64,000 nucleotides of DNA from Flavobacteriales bacterium (GTDB lineage Bacteria > Bacteroidota > Bacteroidia > Flavobacteriales_F > PHOS-HE28): contig JACJZI010000014.1 of NCBI GenBank assembly GCA_020635655.1, positions 622 through 64,621 on the forward strand, in the 5' to 3' direction. The position numbers were made by a program, and so were the translations under genes. Positions 40,120 through 48,997 of the stretch are shown piece after piece. Numbering within the stretch: position 1 is the stretch's first letter; every line of letters begins with the position of its first letter. Under the pieces are notes generated by a model. That model saw only the letters and a list, made by a program, of their open reading frames with translations, did not search any database and was not told the origin of the DNA.

Positions 40120-40764
40120 TCAGGGTTGAAGACGTGCTCGTGTCCAACTGCCATCATCGAAGTGCTCGAAGACGATGCGATCATGCATGCGGTTCGGACG
40201 CCCCTGCCAGAACTCGATGCGCACAGGACGCACACGGACGCCGCCCCAATGCAAGGGCCGGGGCACCTCCTCATGCGCGAAGCGCTCCAGCCATCTGGAA
40301 TAACGCGCGTCGAGCTGTTCCCGGTCCTCCACCACACGGCTCTGATCGCTGGACCACGCACCGATACGACTGTCGCGTGGACGCGATCGGAAGTACGCAT
40401 CCGATTCCTCCGATGAAGTGCGCTCAGCCCTTCCCTCGATGCGTACCTGGCGCTCATGGTCCGGCCAGAAGAAGGTGAGCGCGGCGCGGGGATCGCGCTC
40501 CAGGTCCATCGCCTTGCGGCTGTTGTAGTTCGTGTAGAAAACGAAACCCTGCCGATCGAACGACCTCAAAAGAACGATGCGCGCGCTCAGGCTGTAGGTG
40601 CCCACGGTAGCCAGTGTCATCGCATGCGGTTCGGGCAACCCATCGTCCTCCGCGTTCCTCAACCAGATCGAAAAAAGCGCCAGCGGGTCATCGCCCGCCT
40701 GCTGCTCCAACAAGGCCTGCTTGCCATAGTCGATCCGATGCCCGATGTCCTTCCGCGTTGCCAT
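40120..40764 (-). CDS. pdxH: Pyridoxamine 5-prime-phosphate oxidase
   Basis: 214 aa. Matching regions are MTLATVG...ARIVLLRSFDRQGFVFYTNYNSRKA, QVRIEGRAE and RIEFWQGRPNRMHDRIVF. Confidence 0.92.
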   Translation of the reverse strand: MATRKDIGHRIDYGKQALLEQQAGDDPLALFSIWLRNAEDDGLPEPHAMTLATVGTYSLSARIVLLRSFDRQGFVFYTNYNSRKAMDLERDPRAALTFFWPDHERQVRIEGRAERTSSEESDAYFRSRPRDSRIGAWSSDQSRVVEDREQLDARYSRWLERFAHEEVPRPLHWGGVRVRPVRIEFWQGRPNRMHDRIVFEHFDDGSWTRARLQP

Positions 40765-40895
40765 GATGCATTCCTCTTCTTTCGGTCAGGGATCGAAGAT
40801 ATCCGATGCCCGCGCACCATGCGCCGCTTCCCGAACGTTCATTGCCGGAAGGGCACGTGTGCGGTAATTTGTACCCAACGCAAGGACGCATCGAC

Positions 40896-41483
40896 ATGTC
40901 CCAGGACCCATTGGACCTCGATCCCGACAACCGACTATCCCTGGAACGCGGAAGACTGCTCGTGTCAGAACCATTCCTGAGCGATCCCTATTTCCGACGC
41001 ACCGTGGTGCTTCTTTGCGAACACAATGAGGAGGGTTCGTTCGGCCTTGTCCTGAACCGCTTCATGGACATGGACATCGGCGATCTGATGGAGAACATGC
41101 CGCCCATCCGTTCCCGCATCAGCATCGGCGGCCCGGTCCAGAGCGGCAACCTTTTCTTCCTGCACACCTTCGGTGCGCGATTGGACGGAAGCGTCGCCGT
41201 TGTGGACGGTGTTCACATGGGCGGTGACTTCGACCAACTTCGTGCGATGCTCACGACGGACCCGGAACTGTCCCGGCATGTCCGGTTCTTCGTGGGCTAC
41301 AGTGGATGGAGCGATCAACAGCTCGAGCGCGAGCTGGAGGAGCGCTCATGGCTTGTGGGGCCAGCGACCAAGCGCCGCATCATGCATGTCGGCGATCAGG
41401 ACATCTGGGCGGAGACCTTGCGCGGAATGGGCGAACGCTACGCGCCGCTCGCCAACTTCCCGGACGACCCTTCGCTCAACTGA
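40896..41483 (+). CDS. YqgE/AlgH family protein
   Basis: Start MSQDPLD. Matching regions are LLVSEPFLSDPYFRRTVVLLCEHNEEGSFGLVLNR, GGPVQSGNLFFLH and FFVGYSGWSDQQLERELEERSW. Confidence 0.8.
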   Translation: MSQDPLDLDPDNRLSLERGRLLVSEPFLSDPYFRRTVVLLCEHNEEGSFGLVLNRFMDMDIGDLMENMPPIRSRISIGGPVQSGNLFFLHTFGARLDGSVAVVDGVHMGGDFDQLRAMLTTDPELSRHVRFFVGYSGWSDQQLERELEERSWLVGPATKRRIMHVGDQDIWAETLRGMGERYAPLANFPDDPSLN

Positions 41484-42318
41484 GCACGTGCTCGACAAGG
41501 ATCGCGGTGAGCTGCTGAGAGAGGCGATGGACGTAGCGCTTGGTGCGGTACATGCCGACCCACCGCAAGCCCCGGACCGCATTGGTGAAGAACAGCTCGT
41601 CCGCGGCGAGCAGGTTCTGTGGGTTCAGGGGGCATTCATAGACCTTGATCCCGTTCTCCAGGGCAAGGTTGATCAGTTGCATGCGCATCACCCCGCCAAT
41701 GCAACCATCGGCCAGGGCGGGCGTGTACAGCACACCGTTGCTCACGATGAACAGATTGCCACTGCTGCTCTCGATGATGTTGCCGCGCTCGTTCTGGAGC
41801 AGGCAATCGTCAAGTCCGCGTTCGGCACTCCACAATGCCGCCATGATGAAATACTGGCAGTTGAGCGTTTTGTGCACCGCGAGCGGGTTCACGGGCTTTC
41901 GGATGTCCGGATAGATGTCCACGGCCAGTCCGGTGGGGTTCAGTTCGTAGACCGGACCATCGATCGGAACGACCTCCAGGGAGTACGCCCCCTTGTGCCC
42001 TTCCGGCCGGTAATGGCCCCTGGCATCACGGAACACGGTGAGCCGTGTGCGCCCCCCTGTCACCCCATTGCGTTCGGCAAGTTCGATGATGGCGGCCTCG
42101 AGCATATCCAGGCCCATTCCCTCCGGCAGGTCGATGCGAAGCAGTTTGCAGCCTTCCTGCAAACGCATCCAATGGGCTTCAAGGAAGCAGGGGCGCCCGT
42201 GGACCACCCGGATGCTCTCGAACAGACCATCGCCGTAGTGGTACGCGCGGTTGTCCAGGGGGATCACGGGCCTGTCCGCAGGTACCAAATGTCCGTTGAG
42301 GTTCACATAGTTCTCCAT
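41476..42318 (-). CDS. Class IV aminotransferase (aminodeoxychorismate lyase / D-amino-acid aminotransferase-like)
   Basis: 280 aa. Matching regions are DNRAYHYGDGLFESIRV, RTRLTVF, AVHKTLNCQYFIMA and NIIESSSGNLFIV. The precise subfamily cannot be assigned by eye. Confidence 0.8.
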   Translation of the reverse strand: MENYVNLNGHLVPADRPVIPLDNRAYHYGDGLFESIRVVHGRPCFLEAHWMRLQEGCKLLRIDLPEGMGLDMLEAAIIELAERNGVTGGRTRLTVFRDARGHYRPEGHKGAYSLEVVPIDGPVYELNPTGLAVDIYPDIRKPVNPLAVHKTLNCQYFIMAALWSAERGLDDCLLQNERGNIIESSSGNLFIVSNGVLYTPALADGCIGGVMRMQLINLALENGIKVYECPLNPQNLLAADELFFTNAVRGLRWVGMYRTKRYVHRLSQQLTAILVEHVLS

Positions 42319-42321
42319 CGA

Positions 42322-42816
42322 TCAGGTCCTTCCTAAGCGGTCAAGGACGGGGAGCAATGACGCGTTCGCCTCCACCAGCACTCCCCGTACACCTGCAGCC
42401 TCCGCGGCCTGCACATCGCGTTCCCGATCACCGATCATCACCGAACGGCGGGGATCGATGCCGAACCGGGCCATCGCCCTCTCGAGGAGCAGGCTGCCTG
42501 GTTTCCGGCAGAGGCACCGGCCCTTCGAGGGATGATGCGGACAATAGAAGAACGCGTCGATATGGGCACCCGCTTCGGCCAGGCGCTGGTGAAGATAGGC
42601 ATGCACCCGTTCCACGTCCGCGATGGTGTACAGCCCCAGTTGCACGCCGCTCTGATTGGTTATCACGATGACGCGATGCCCGGACCTCGTCGCCATCCGG
42701 ATGGCCTTCGCCACATCCGGCAGCAGTTCAACATCCTCCGGACGCCAGGTGTGTTCGCCCCGCTCCCGATTGATCACACCATCGCGATCAAGGAAGACAG
42801 CGGACCCCTGCCTCAT
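42322..42816 (-). CDS. gmhB: HAD-IIIA phosphatase, D,D-heptose 1,7-bisphosphate phosphatase (GmhB)-like
   Basis: Matching regions are AVFLDRDGVIN (DxD motif), VITNQSG, FYCPHHPSKGRCLCRKPG and IGDRERDVQAAEAAG. Confidence 0.72.
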   Translation of the reverse strand: MRQGSAVFLDRDGVINRERGEHTWRPEDVELLPDVAKAIRMATRSGHRVIVITNQSGVQLGLYTIADVERVHAYLHQRLAEAGAHIDAFFYCPHHPSKGRCLCRKPGSLLLERAMARFGIDPRRSVMIGDRERDVQAAEAAGVRGVLVEANASLLPVLDRLGRT

Positions 42817-43433
42817 CCGCCCAACAGGTTCTCGAACCGGCCGAAATGCAGGACCAGGTCCGGATGAAGCACGGCGGTGAAGAGCACACCATAGATCGCA
42901 CCGAAGAAATGCGCATCATGCGCCACACCGTCACCTCCGCGGCGGTCCATATACCATTCATACCCCAGATAAAGCGCTCCGAAAAGCACGGAAGGGATCG
43001 GTATCGGCAACAGGAACAGGTAGATCGGACGGGTGGGCATCATCAGAATGTGTGCGAACAATACCGCCGACACCGCGCCGGAAGCCCCGATGGAACGGTA
43101 GTTGGGGTCATGCACATGCCTGAAGTAGGACGGCAGTGAAGCCATCACGAGCGCCGAGAAGTACAATGCGAGGAAGACCCCGTGGGATGAAAGTCCGCTG
43201 ATCGGACCAAGCAGGGACTCCACCGCCCCCCCGAACGCATAGAGAACGAACATGTTCACGAAGAGATGCGACCATCCGGCATGAACGAACCCGTGCGTGA
43301 CGAAACGGAAATACTCCCTGCGGGAACGGATCACGAAGGGTTCGAAAAGGAGCAGCGTGAAGATCCGCCGATCGCCGAATGCCAGCAGCGATACGAGGGC
43401 CGTGACCAGGATGATCCCAAGGGTGGCGGACAT
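42813..43433 (-). CDS. Rhomboid-family intramembrane serine protease
   Basis: Start MSATLGIILVTALVSLLAF. Matching regions are HGFVHAGWSHLFVNMFVLY and the catalytic GASGAVSAVLFAHI. The stop overlaps the gmhB-like start (ATGA). Confidence 0.8.
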   Translation of the reverse strand: MSATLGIILVTALVSLLAFGDRRIFTLLLFEPFVIRSRREYFRFVTHGFVHAGWSHLFVNMFVLYAFGGAVESLLGPISGLSSHGVFLALYFSALVMASLPSYFRHVHDPNYRSIGASGAVSAVLFAHILMMPTRPIYLFLLPIPIPSVLFGALYLGYEWYMDRRGGDGVAHDAHFFGAIYGVLFTAVLHPDLVLHFGRFENLLGG

Positions 43434-43453
43434 CGCGGCCGAAGATAGGCCGC

Positions 43454-43897
43454 TCAATAGGTATGATCGCGTGCGATGCGCCAGCCCTCTGCGGTCCGGA
43501 CCCAGAGCAGGGTGAATCCGCCGGAAAGGTTGTCGACGTTCCGCGCCAGGGACCAGGTCCCCGTGCACCAGGCGTGGTCGGGACCCAGGGGGATGATCTC
43601 GCCGATCACGAACGTGAGGTCGCCCATGGCCTCCCGGTCGGGGTAGGAGCGCAGGTACTTATCGGTGACCGCCTGACGCCCGCAGGTGGTGCCCTTCGCG
43701 GTGATGAAGCAGGCGGTATCCGCATAGCCCTGCATGAACCCACGAACGTCGCCGCGGTCCCAGGCCGCTTCCTGTTCGGCCATCACCTCCCGTATCGCGA
43801 CGTGAGCCTCCGTGACCGGCCTGGCACATCCGATCAGGAGGCCCATCGAGCTTGTGATCGAAAGGAGTGCGATGGGAAGGTTCATCCGCTGGTGCAA
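43454..43897 (-). CDS. Lipoprotein with SnoaL/DUF4440-like (NTF2 fold) domain
   Basis: The lipobox-like N-terminus is ...SSMGLLIGC. It is followed by IREVMAEQEAAWDRGDVRGFMQGY...FTLLWVRTAEGWRIARDHT. The start could instead be MNLPIA at 43885. Confidence 0.6.
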   Translation of the reverse strand: MHQRMNLPIALLSITSSMGLLIGCARPVTEAHVAIREVMAEQEAAWDRGDVRGFMQGYADTACFITAKGTTCGRQAVTDKYLRSYPDREAMGDLTFVIGEIIPLGPDHAWCTGTWSLARNVDNLSGGFTLLWVRTAEGWRIARDHTY

Positions 43898-43901
43898 TGG
43901 G

Positions 43902-43925
43902 AAAGCCCCGGCAAGGGACCGGGGC
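43902..43925 (-). terminator. Hairpin terminator downstream of tRNA-Met
   Basis: On the minus strand, GCCCCGG-TCCCTTG-CCGGGGC is followed by TTT, starting 7 nt after the tRNA 3-prime end. Confidence 0.45.
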
Positions 43926-43931
43926 TGAAAG

Positions 43932-44005
43932 TAGCGCGGGGCGGGCTTGAACCGCCGACCTCATGATTATGAATCATGCGCTCTGACCAGCTGAGCTACC
44001 GCGCC
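43932..44005 (-). tRNA. tRNA with anticodon CAT (elongator Met type; lysidine-modified tRNA-Ile2 not excluded)
   Basis: The reverse complement reads GGCGCGGTAGCTCAGCTGGTCAGAGCGCATGATTCATAATCATGAGGTCGGCGGTTCAAGCCCGCCCCGCGCTA. Anticodon stem is CATGA/TCATG with loop TT-CAT-AA. T arm is GGCGG-TTCAAGC-CCGCC. It lacks the three G-C pairs in the anticodon stem that mark initiator tRNAs. Confidence 0.85.
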
Positions 44006-44034
44006 GGATGATGACCGCTCTGGCGAACGGGCGG

Positions 44035-44042
44035 CAAATATA
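44035..44042 (-). promoter_or_regulatory. Bacteroidota-type -7 box (TAtaTTTG on the minus strand) upstream of tRNA-Met
   Basis: The plus strand reads CAAATATA, an exact TAnnTTTG match on the minus strand, 29 nt upstream of the tRNA 5-prime end. Confidence 0.35.
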
Positions 44043-44112
44043 GGAAGGGCCACGCACCTCCGTCGGGCCCTTCTTGTTGCGGCCTATGCTGAATTCTCTA
44101 CCTTTCCCCGAC

Positions 44113-45069
44113 ATGGCATCCAAAGCGAGACCGAAGGCCCGAAAGGGGGACAGTTCCAAGGCTGTGCGGAAGCGCTCGTCCAGTGGAAAGGCGGGCGCAA
44201 CGCGATCCACGGCCCGGACCAGCGGGTCGCGAACAACACCAAAAAAGAAAGGGAAAGGTACGCCGACCGGTACGGCGTCCCGTTCGAAGACCCGGGCCGG
44301 GGCGGTCAAGAAAGTGCGATCAAAGGCCACGGGCAGTACTTCCCTGAAGAAGAAGGCTGCCGCGAAAAAGGGGGCAGCATCCAAAGCCAGGAGCAGGAAG
44401 AGCGATGCCCCTGCCTCCAAGTCGGGTCCGACCGGAAAGAAAAAGGGCACCATCAAGAAGCGAACGATCCCTGAGAGGGTTGCGGAAAAAGGAAAGGGCG
44501 GCCCAAGGACCAAGAAGAGGGTCTCGACCGCACCGACCAAAGGGAAGGGCGGAACGACGCGCGCGCCAGGCCCTGCCAGGGACAAAGGGAAAGTCAGCAC
44601 CGACCGTCGGTCCGCCGACCCGACCTCCCTGCAGGCCACCATATCCGGCCTGCAACCCATGAACACCGCCCCGAGGGACCTGAAGAAGGCCCTGAAGGAG
44701 CGCTATCAGATCGAGTTCCAGGTCCGATCCACGCCGCATGTGCTTTATGACCTGATCAGCACGCCCAGTGGTTTCTCGGAGTGGTTCTGTGATGACGTGA
44801 ACGTACGTGGCGACGAGTTCGCCTTCATCTGGGAGGGAGAAGAGGAAAAGGCGGTCTGCATCGGCCGGAAATACCAGGAGCTGATCCGGTTCCAATGGGC
44901 CGACGATGAGGACCCCGGCGCTTTTTTTGAACTGCGTATCCGCGTGGACCCGATGACGAACGACGTGGCGTTGGTGGTGACGGACCACGCCTGGCCCGAT
45001 GACCTGGAAAGTGCACGGATGTTGTGGGAGAGCCAGGTGGCGACGCTGTTGCGGGTGATCGGCTCCTGA
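44113..45069 (+). CDS. START-like (SRPBCC fold) domain protein with a ~200-aa Lys/Arg/Ser/Thr/Gly-rich N-terminal extension
   Basis: The C-terminal ~125 aa read YQIEFQVRSTPHVLYDLISTPSGFSEWFCDDVNVRGDEFAFIWEGEEEKAVCIGRKYQELIRFQWADDED...VALVVTDHAWPDDLESARMLWESQVATLLRVIGS. This matches the small stand-alone START-like proteins of Bacteroidota as I remember them. The N-terminal part is low-complexity and basic (MASKARPKARKGDSSKAVRKRSSSGKAG...). The start could be ATG 44074 or 44113. Confidence 0.7.
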   Translation: MASKARPKARKGDSSKAVRKRSSSGKAGATRSTARTSGSRTTPKKKGKGTPTGTASRSKTRAGAVKKVRSKATGSTSLKKKAAAKKGAASKARSRKSDAPASKSGPTGKKKGTIKKRTIPERVAEKGKGGPRTKKRVSTAPTKGKGGTTRAPGPARDKGKVSTDRRSADPTSLQATISGLQPMNTAPRDLKKALKERYQIEFQVRSTPHVLYDLISTPSGFSEWFCDDVNVRGDEFAFIWEGEEEKAVCIGRKYQELIRFQWADDEDPGAFFELRIRVDPMTNDVALVVTDHAWPDDLESARMLWESQVATLLRVIGS

Positions 45070-45108
45070 ACACCGAACTACCTTCGCGCGGCGTTCCCCC
45101 CGTCCGGC

Positions 45109-46560
45109 ATGAAGCGCCTGCACCGCATGATCGTTCGGGCCTACGTGGGCCCACTCCTGATCACTTTCGTGATCGTCCTCTTCATCCTTTCCATGCAATT
45201 CCTCTGGAAGTACGTGGACGATCTGATGGGGAAAGGATTGCCCTGGTACACCCTGACGGAATTGATGATCTATGCCACGGCGAGCTTCGTGCCGCTGGCG
45301 CTACCCCTGGCGGTACTGCTCTCCTCGATCATGACCATGGGCGGATTGGGGGAGAACAGCGAGCTCGTGCCGATGCGTTCGGCCGGTCTCCATCTCTTCC
45401 GCATCCTCCGGCCGCTCATGATCGTCAGCCTGCTGCTGGCAGGCGCCAGCCTGTTCTTCAGCAACGATCTCCTGCCGATCGCCAACCTCAAGTTCCAGAG
45501 CCTGCTGTGGGATGTCACCCGCAAGAAACCGGCGATGAACCTGCGGCCGAATGTTTTCTACAACGGCATCGATGGGTTCAGCATCCGGGTGAAGGAGAAG
45601 AGCGCCGATGATGGCACGCTGACCGATGTGCTGATCTATGATCATCGTCAGCCGATGTCGGGCAACCGGACAGTGGTACACGCCGCCACAGGAAGCATGA
45701 AACGGTCCACGGACGGCCATTTCCTCCTGCTCACACTGAACGATGGGCACTTCTATGATGAGCGGGACCCCCTGAGCGACAGGGACGCGGGGCATTCGCT
45801 CGTCCACGGCACCTTCCGGACCGATGTGATCCGGCTCGACCTGACGGGCCTTGGGCTGGACCGTACGGACGAGGACCTGTTCAAGAGCAATTACAAGATG
45901 TTGACCCTGGGCCAATTGCAACACGCCGAGGACAGCCTGGCCAGACACCTCCAGGAACGCGCCAGCACCCAACAACATTATTTGCGGAACGCCCTGTTCA
46001 TCACTCGGGACAGCGTCGCCGAACGGCCGGAAGGTCCCTTCACCGATCGGCTCTCGTTCATGCAGGGATTGGGACGCGATCAGCGGGCCGGCCTGTACGA
46101 CATGGCGATGAACATGGTCAGGAACAACATCAACTACATCGACCGGTCCATCCAGGAGCGTCAGGAACGGCGCGAACAGCTTGCCCGCTTCCAGGTCGAA
46201 TGGCATCGGAAATGGATGCTGGCCTTCGCCTGTGTCATCTTCTTCTTTATCGGCGCTCCGCTCGGCGCGATCATCCGCAAGGGGGGCATGGGATCGCCCA
46301 CCGTGTTCGCGATCGTCTTCTTCCTGGTCTTCCACATCCTCAGTTTCAGCACGGAGAAGCTGGTGGTGTCCGACAAGCTGCCGGCCTGGCCGGGCATGTG
46401 GATCAGTACGTTCGTCCTTTTACCGGTGGGCCTTTTTCTCACATGGAAGGCCGCCACCGACAGTCCCCTGCTTGACCGCGATGCGTATTATCGCGGCTGG
46501 GACCGGCTGCGGTCCCGCTTCCGTTCACCGCGGCATGCGGATCCTCCAATTGTGCAATAA
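45109..46560 (+). CDS. LptF/LptG-family (YjgP/YjgQ) permease
   Basis: 483 aa. The N-terminus MKRLHRMIVRAYVGPLLITFVIVLFILSMQFLWKYVDDL is followed by ENSELVPMRSAGLHLFRILRPLMI, a large periplasmic insert and C-terminal TM helices. Confidence 0.85.
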   Translation: MKRLHRMIVRAYVGPLLITFVIVLFILSMQFLWKYVDDLMGKGLPWYTLTELMIYATASFVPLALPLAVLLSSIMTMGGLGENSELVPMRSAGLHLFRILRPLMIVSLLLAGASLFFSNDLLPIANLKFQSLLWDVTRKKPAMNLRPNVFYNGIDGFSIRVKEKSADDGTLTDVLIYDHRQPMSGNRTVVHAATGSMKRSTDGHFLLLTLNDGHFYDERDPLSDRDAGHSLVHGTFRTDVIRLDLTGLGLDRTDEDLFKSNYKMLTLGQLQHAEDSLARHLQERASTQQHYLRNALFITRDSVAERPEGPFTDRLSFMQGLGRDQRAGLYDMAMNMVRNNINYIDRSIQERQERREQLARFQVEWHRKWMLAFACVIFFFIGAPLGAIIRKGGMGSPTVFAIVFFLVFHILSFSTEKLVVSDKLPAWPGMWISTFVLLPVGLFLTWKAATDSPLLDRDAYYRGWDRLRSRFRSPRHADPPIVQ

Positions 46561-47734
46561 GCCGCCCTTTCCGCCGATCGATGGCGGGAGCAAGGCGATG
46601 TACGACCTGACCCGCGGGCTGATCGAGGCCCGTCAGCAGGTGAAGGTCGTCTGCATCACCACACCGAAGCACGACCTGGATACGAGCGGCATGCCGTCCG
46701 AGATCGTGGAGAAGAGCGGCATCGAGGGTGTTTTCGTGGACACCTCCCTGAACGTGGTGGACGCCTTCGCGGACCTGATCACGGCGGACAACTACAACAT
46801 CAGCCGCTTCTTCTCGCCGGACATGGACATCCGACTGATCCGGCTGCTTGCCGCGGAACAGTTCGATGTCGTGCTGCTCGAGAGCCTGTTCATGGCGCCT
46901 TACATACCCACGATCCGCCGTTACAGTGATGCCCGCGTGGTGCTGCGCTCCCACAATCTGGAACATGTGATCCAGGAGCGGATCGCCACGGGTGAAAAGA
47001 ACATCCTCAAACGCCCCTATCGCCGCTTCCTCGCCCGTCAATTGAAGAACTACGAGATGGAGGTGCTGGACCGCGTGGATGCTGTCGCCGCGATCAGTCC
47101 GGTGGACCGGGACAATTTCCTGAGGCACGGCACGCGCACGCCGATCGCCACGATCCCGTTCGGCGTGGTCCCCGCGGACTATGACACCACCCCGGCCAAG
47201 GGACCCCTCACCTTCTTCCATCTCGGAAGCATGGACTGGCTTCCGAACGAGGAAGGCGTACACTGGCTGGTCGACCAGGTGTGGCCGCGGCTCCTGCGCA
47301 AACAACCCAAGGCGCGCCTTCACCTGGCGGGCAATCGCATGCCCCGGGACCTGATCGCACGCCAGACGAACGGGCTGCAGATCAAGGGGCGCGTGAAGGA
47401 TGCCGGTCGGTACATGGCCGAGCGACATGTCATGGTGGTCCCCCTGTTCTCCGCCGGTGGCATGCGCGTGAAGATCATCGAGGGCATGGCCATGGGCAAA
47501 TGCGTGATCAGCACCCCCATCGGCGCGGAAGGCATTGAGGCCACCCACGACAAGGACATCCTGATCGCACGGAACATGACCGAGTTCGTGGAACAGATGG
47601 ACCGGGTCCTGCGGGAACCCGACCTGGCCACGCGGATCGGAACGCAGGCCCGGCATCTGATCGAGCAGCGATACGACACCCGACGCATCGTCAAGGACCT
47701 GATCACATTCCTCAAGGGGCTTCAAAAGGCATGA
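46535..47734 (+). CDS. Glycosyltransferase family 4
   Basis: Start MRILQLCNKPPFPPIDGGSKAMYDL at ATG 46535, overlapping the LptF/G stop by 26 nt. The track ORF from 46181 is an in-frame upstream extension. The C-terminal GT-B motif is GGMRVKIIEGMAMGKCVISTPIGAEGI. Confidence 0.8.
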   Translation: MRILQLCNKPPFPPIDGGSKAMYDLTRGLIEARQQVKVVCITTPKHDLDTSGMPSEIVEKSGIEGVFVDTSLNVVDAFADLITADNYNISRFFSPDMDIRLIRLLAAEQFDVVLLESLFMAPYIPTIRRYSDARVVLRSHNLEHVIQERIATGEKNILKRPYRRFLARQLKNYEMEVLDRVDAVAAISPVDRDNFLRHGTRTPIATIPFGVVPADYDTTPAKGPLTFFHLGSMDWLPNEEGVHWLVDQVWPRLLRKQPKARLHLAGNRMPRDLIARQTNGLQIKGRVKDAGRYMAERHVMVVPLFSAGGMRVKIIEGMAMGKCVISTPIGAEGIEATHDKDILIARNMTEFVEQMDRVLREPDLATRIGTQARHLIEQRYDTRRIVKDLITFLKGLQKA

Positions 47735-48945
47735 AGCTCTTCGTGCTCCTATCCCGGGTCCCCTACCCTTTGGAAAAGGGGGACAAGCTGCGCGCCTATC
47801 ATCTCGTGAAGCACCTCGCCGAAAGGCATGAGGTCTTTCTCTGTTGTCTGAGCGACCAGCGGATCGATCCGGCACATCTGGAACATCTCCGGGGGTTCTG
47901 CCATCACCTCGAAGTGGTGCGGCTGGCCCGCTGGCGCATTCTGTTGAAATTGGTGTTGGCCACGTTCGGTCGTCTCCCCTACCAGGTGGCCTACTTCCAC
48001 CATCGTCGCGCGCAGGAACGGATCGATGATGCACTGGACCGGTTCGGCCCGGACCACATCCTCTGCCAGCTCGTACGGACCACGGAATATGTCCGGCATC
48101 GGTACGCCGTTCCGAAGTCCCTTGACTTCATGGATACATTGAGCAAAGGCACGGAACGGCGCGCGGAGATGGCACCCTGGCCGTTCCGCCCACTGCTGCA
48201 GGCCGAAACGAGACGGTTGATCGCCTATGAGAACCTCATGTTCGACCTGTTCGACAATCGGATCATCATTTCGGCACAGGACAGGGACTACATCTACCAT
48301 CCCCTGCGTGACCGCATGGTGGTGATCCCCAACGGCGTGGATGCCGCCTATTTCCGCCCCATGGAAATGGAGGTGGAGCATGATCTGGTCTTCACGGGCA
48401 ACATGAACTACCCACCCAACATCGACAGCGTCCTCTACCTCGTGCAACGCGTTCTCCCCATCGTGCGTGCACGGCGGCCGGACACCGATGTCCTGATCTC
48501 GGGTGTGGACCCGAGCCCGCGCATCCGCGAACTGGCCGCGAAGGACCCCAGGGTCCGGGTGACGGGCTGGGTGCGCGACATTCGTCATTCCTATGCATCG
48601 GCGAGGATCTTCGTGGCCCCGATGCAGATCGGTACCGGGTTGCAGAACAAATTGCTCGAGGCGATGGCCATGGGCATTCCGTGCATCACTTCATCGCTGG
48701 CGAACAATGCCGTGGGCGCTCCACCGGGAGAGGCCATCCTGATCGGACAGGAGCCCGCGGACTATGCCGAGCACATCCTTCGTCTGCTCAACGACCCCGA
48801 TGAACGGGCGCGCATTGCGGCGAACGGGCATCGTTTCGTGCTCGCCCACTTCGACTGGCCAAGGGCCGCGGAAGCCCTGGACCGACTGATCACCGGAACG
48901 ACCAACGCGCCCGGACCCGCCGCAACGCCTGCGCGGGTGGGTTAA
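47731..48945 (+). CDS. Glycosyltransferase family 4
   Basis: The start [30 protein letters not shown] overlaps the previous stop (ATGA). The C-terminal motif is [29 protein letters not shown]. Confidence 0.8.
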   Translation: MKLFVLLSRVPYPLEKGDKLRAYHLVKHLAERHEVFLCCLSDQRIDPAHLEHLRGFCHHLEVVRLARWRILLKLVLATFGRLPYQVAYFHHRRAQERIDDALDRFGPDHILCQLVRTTEYVRHRYAVPKSLDFMDTLSKGTERRAEMAPWPFRPLLQAETRRLIAYENLMFDLFDNRIIISAQDRDYIYHPLRDRMVVIPNGVDAAYFRPMEMEVEHDLVFTGNMNYPPNIDSVLYLVQRVLPIVRARRPDTDVLISGVDPSPRIRELAAKDPRVRVTGWVRDIRHSYASARIFVAPMQIGTGLQNKLLEAMAMGIPCITSSLANNAVGAPPGEAILIGQEPADYAEHILRLLNDPDERARIAANGHRFVLAHFDWPRAAEALDRLITGTTNAPGPAATPARVG

Positions 48946-48997
48946 CTTCGCGGGGCAGATCGGCCACCGGCCCACGTCCCACGGCCGAGAACAGAAC

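Noticed and set aside
43974-44666. A 230-aa minus-strand ORF rich in Phe, Pro, Gly and Ala repeats (…FFFPVGPDLEAGASLFLLL…, …FFAAAFFF…) and the similar ORF at 39774-40457.
   Set aside because: These are the reverse-complement readings of the Lys/Ala-rich coding repeats (AAG/AAA read as CTT/TTT). They are mirror images of the basic proteins on the plus strand, not genes.
48946-48997. Possible FMN riboswitch (RFN element) in front of ribBA.
   Set aside because: The spacer is only 52 nt, and I could not recognise the conserved RFN stems. It is too short for the ~130-nt or longer aptamer plus expression platform.
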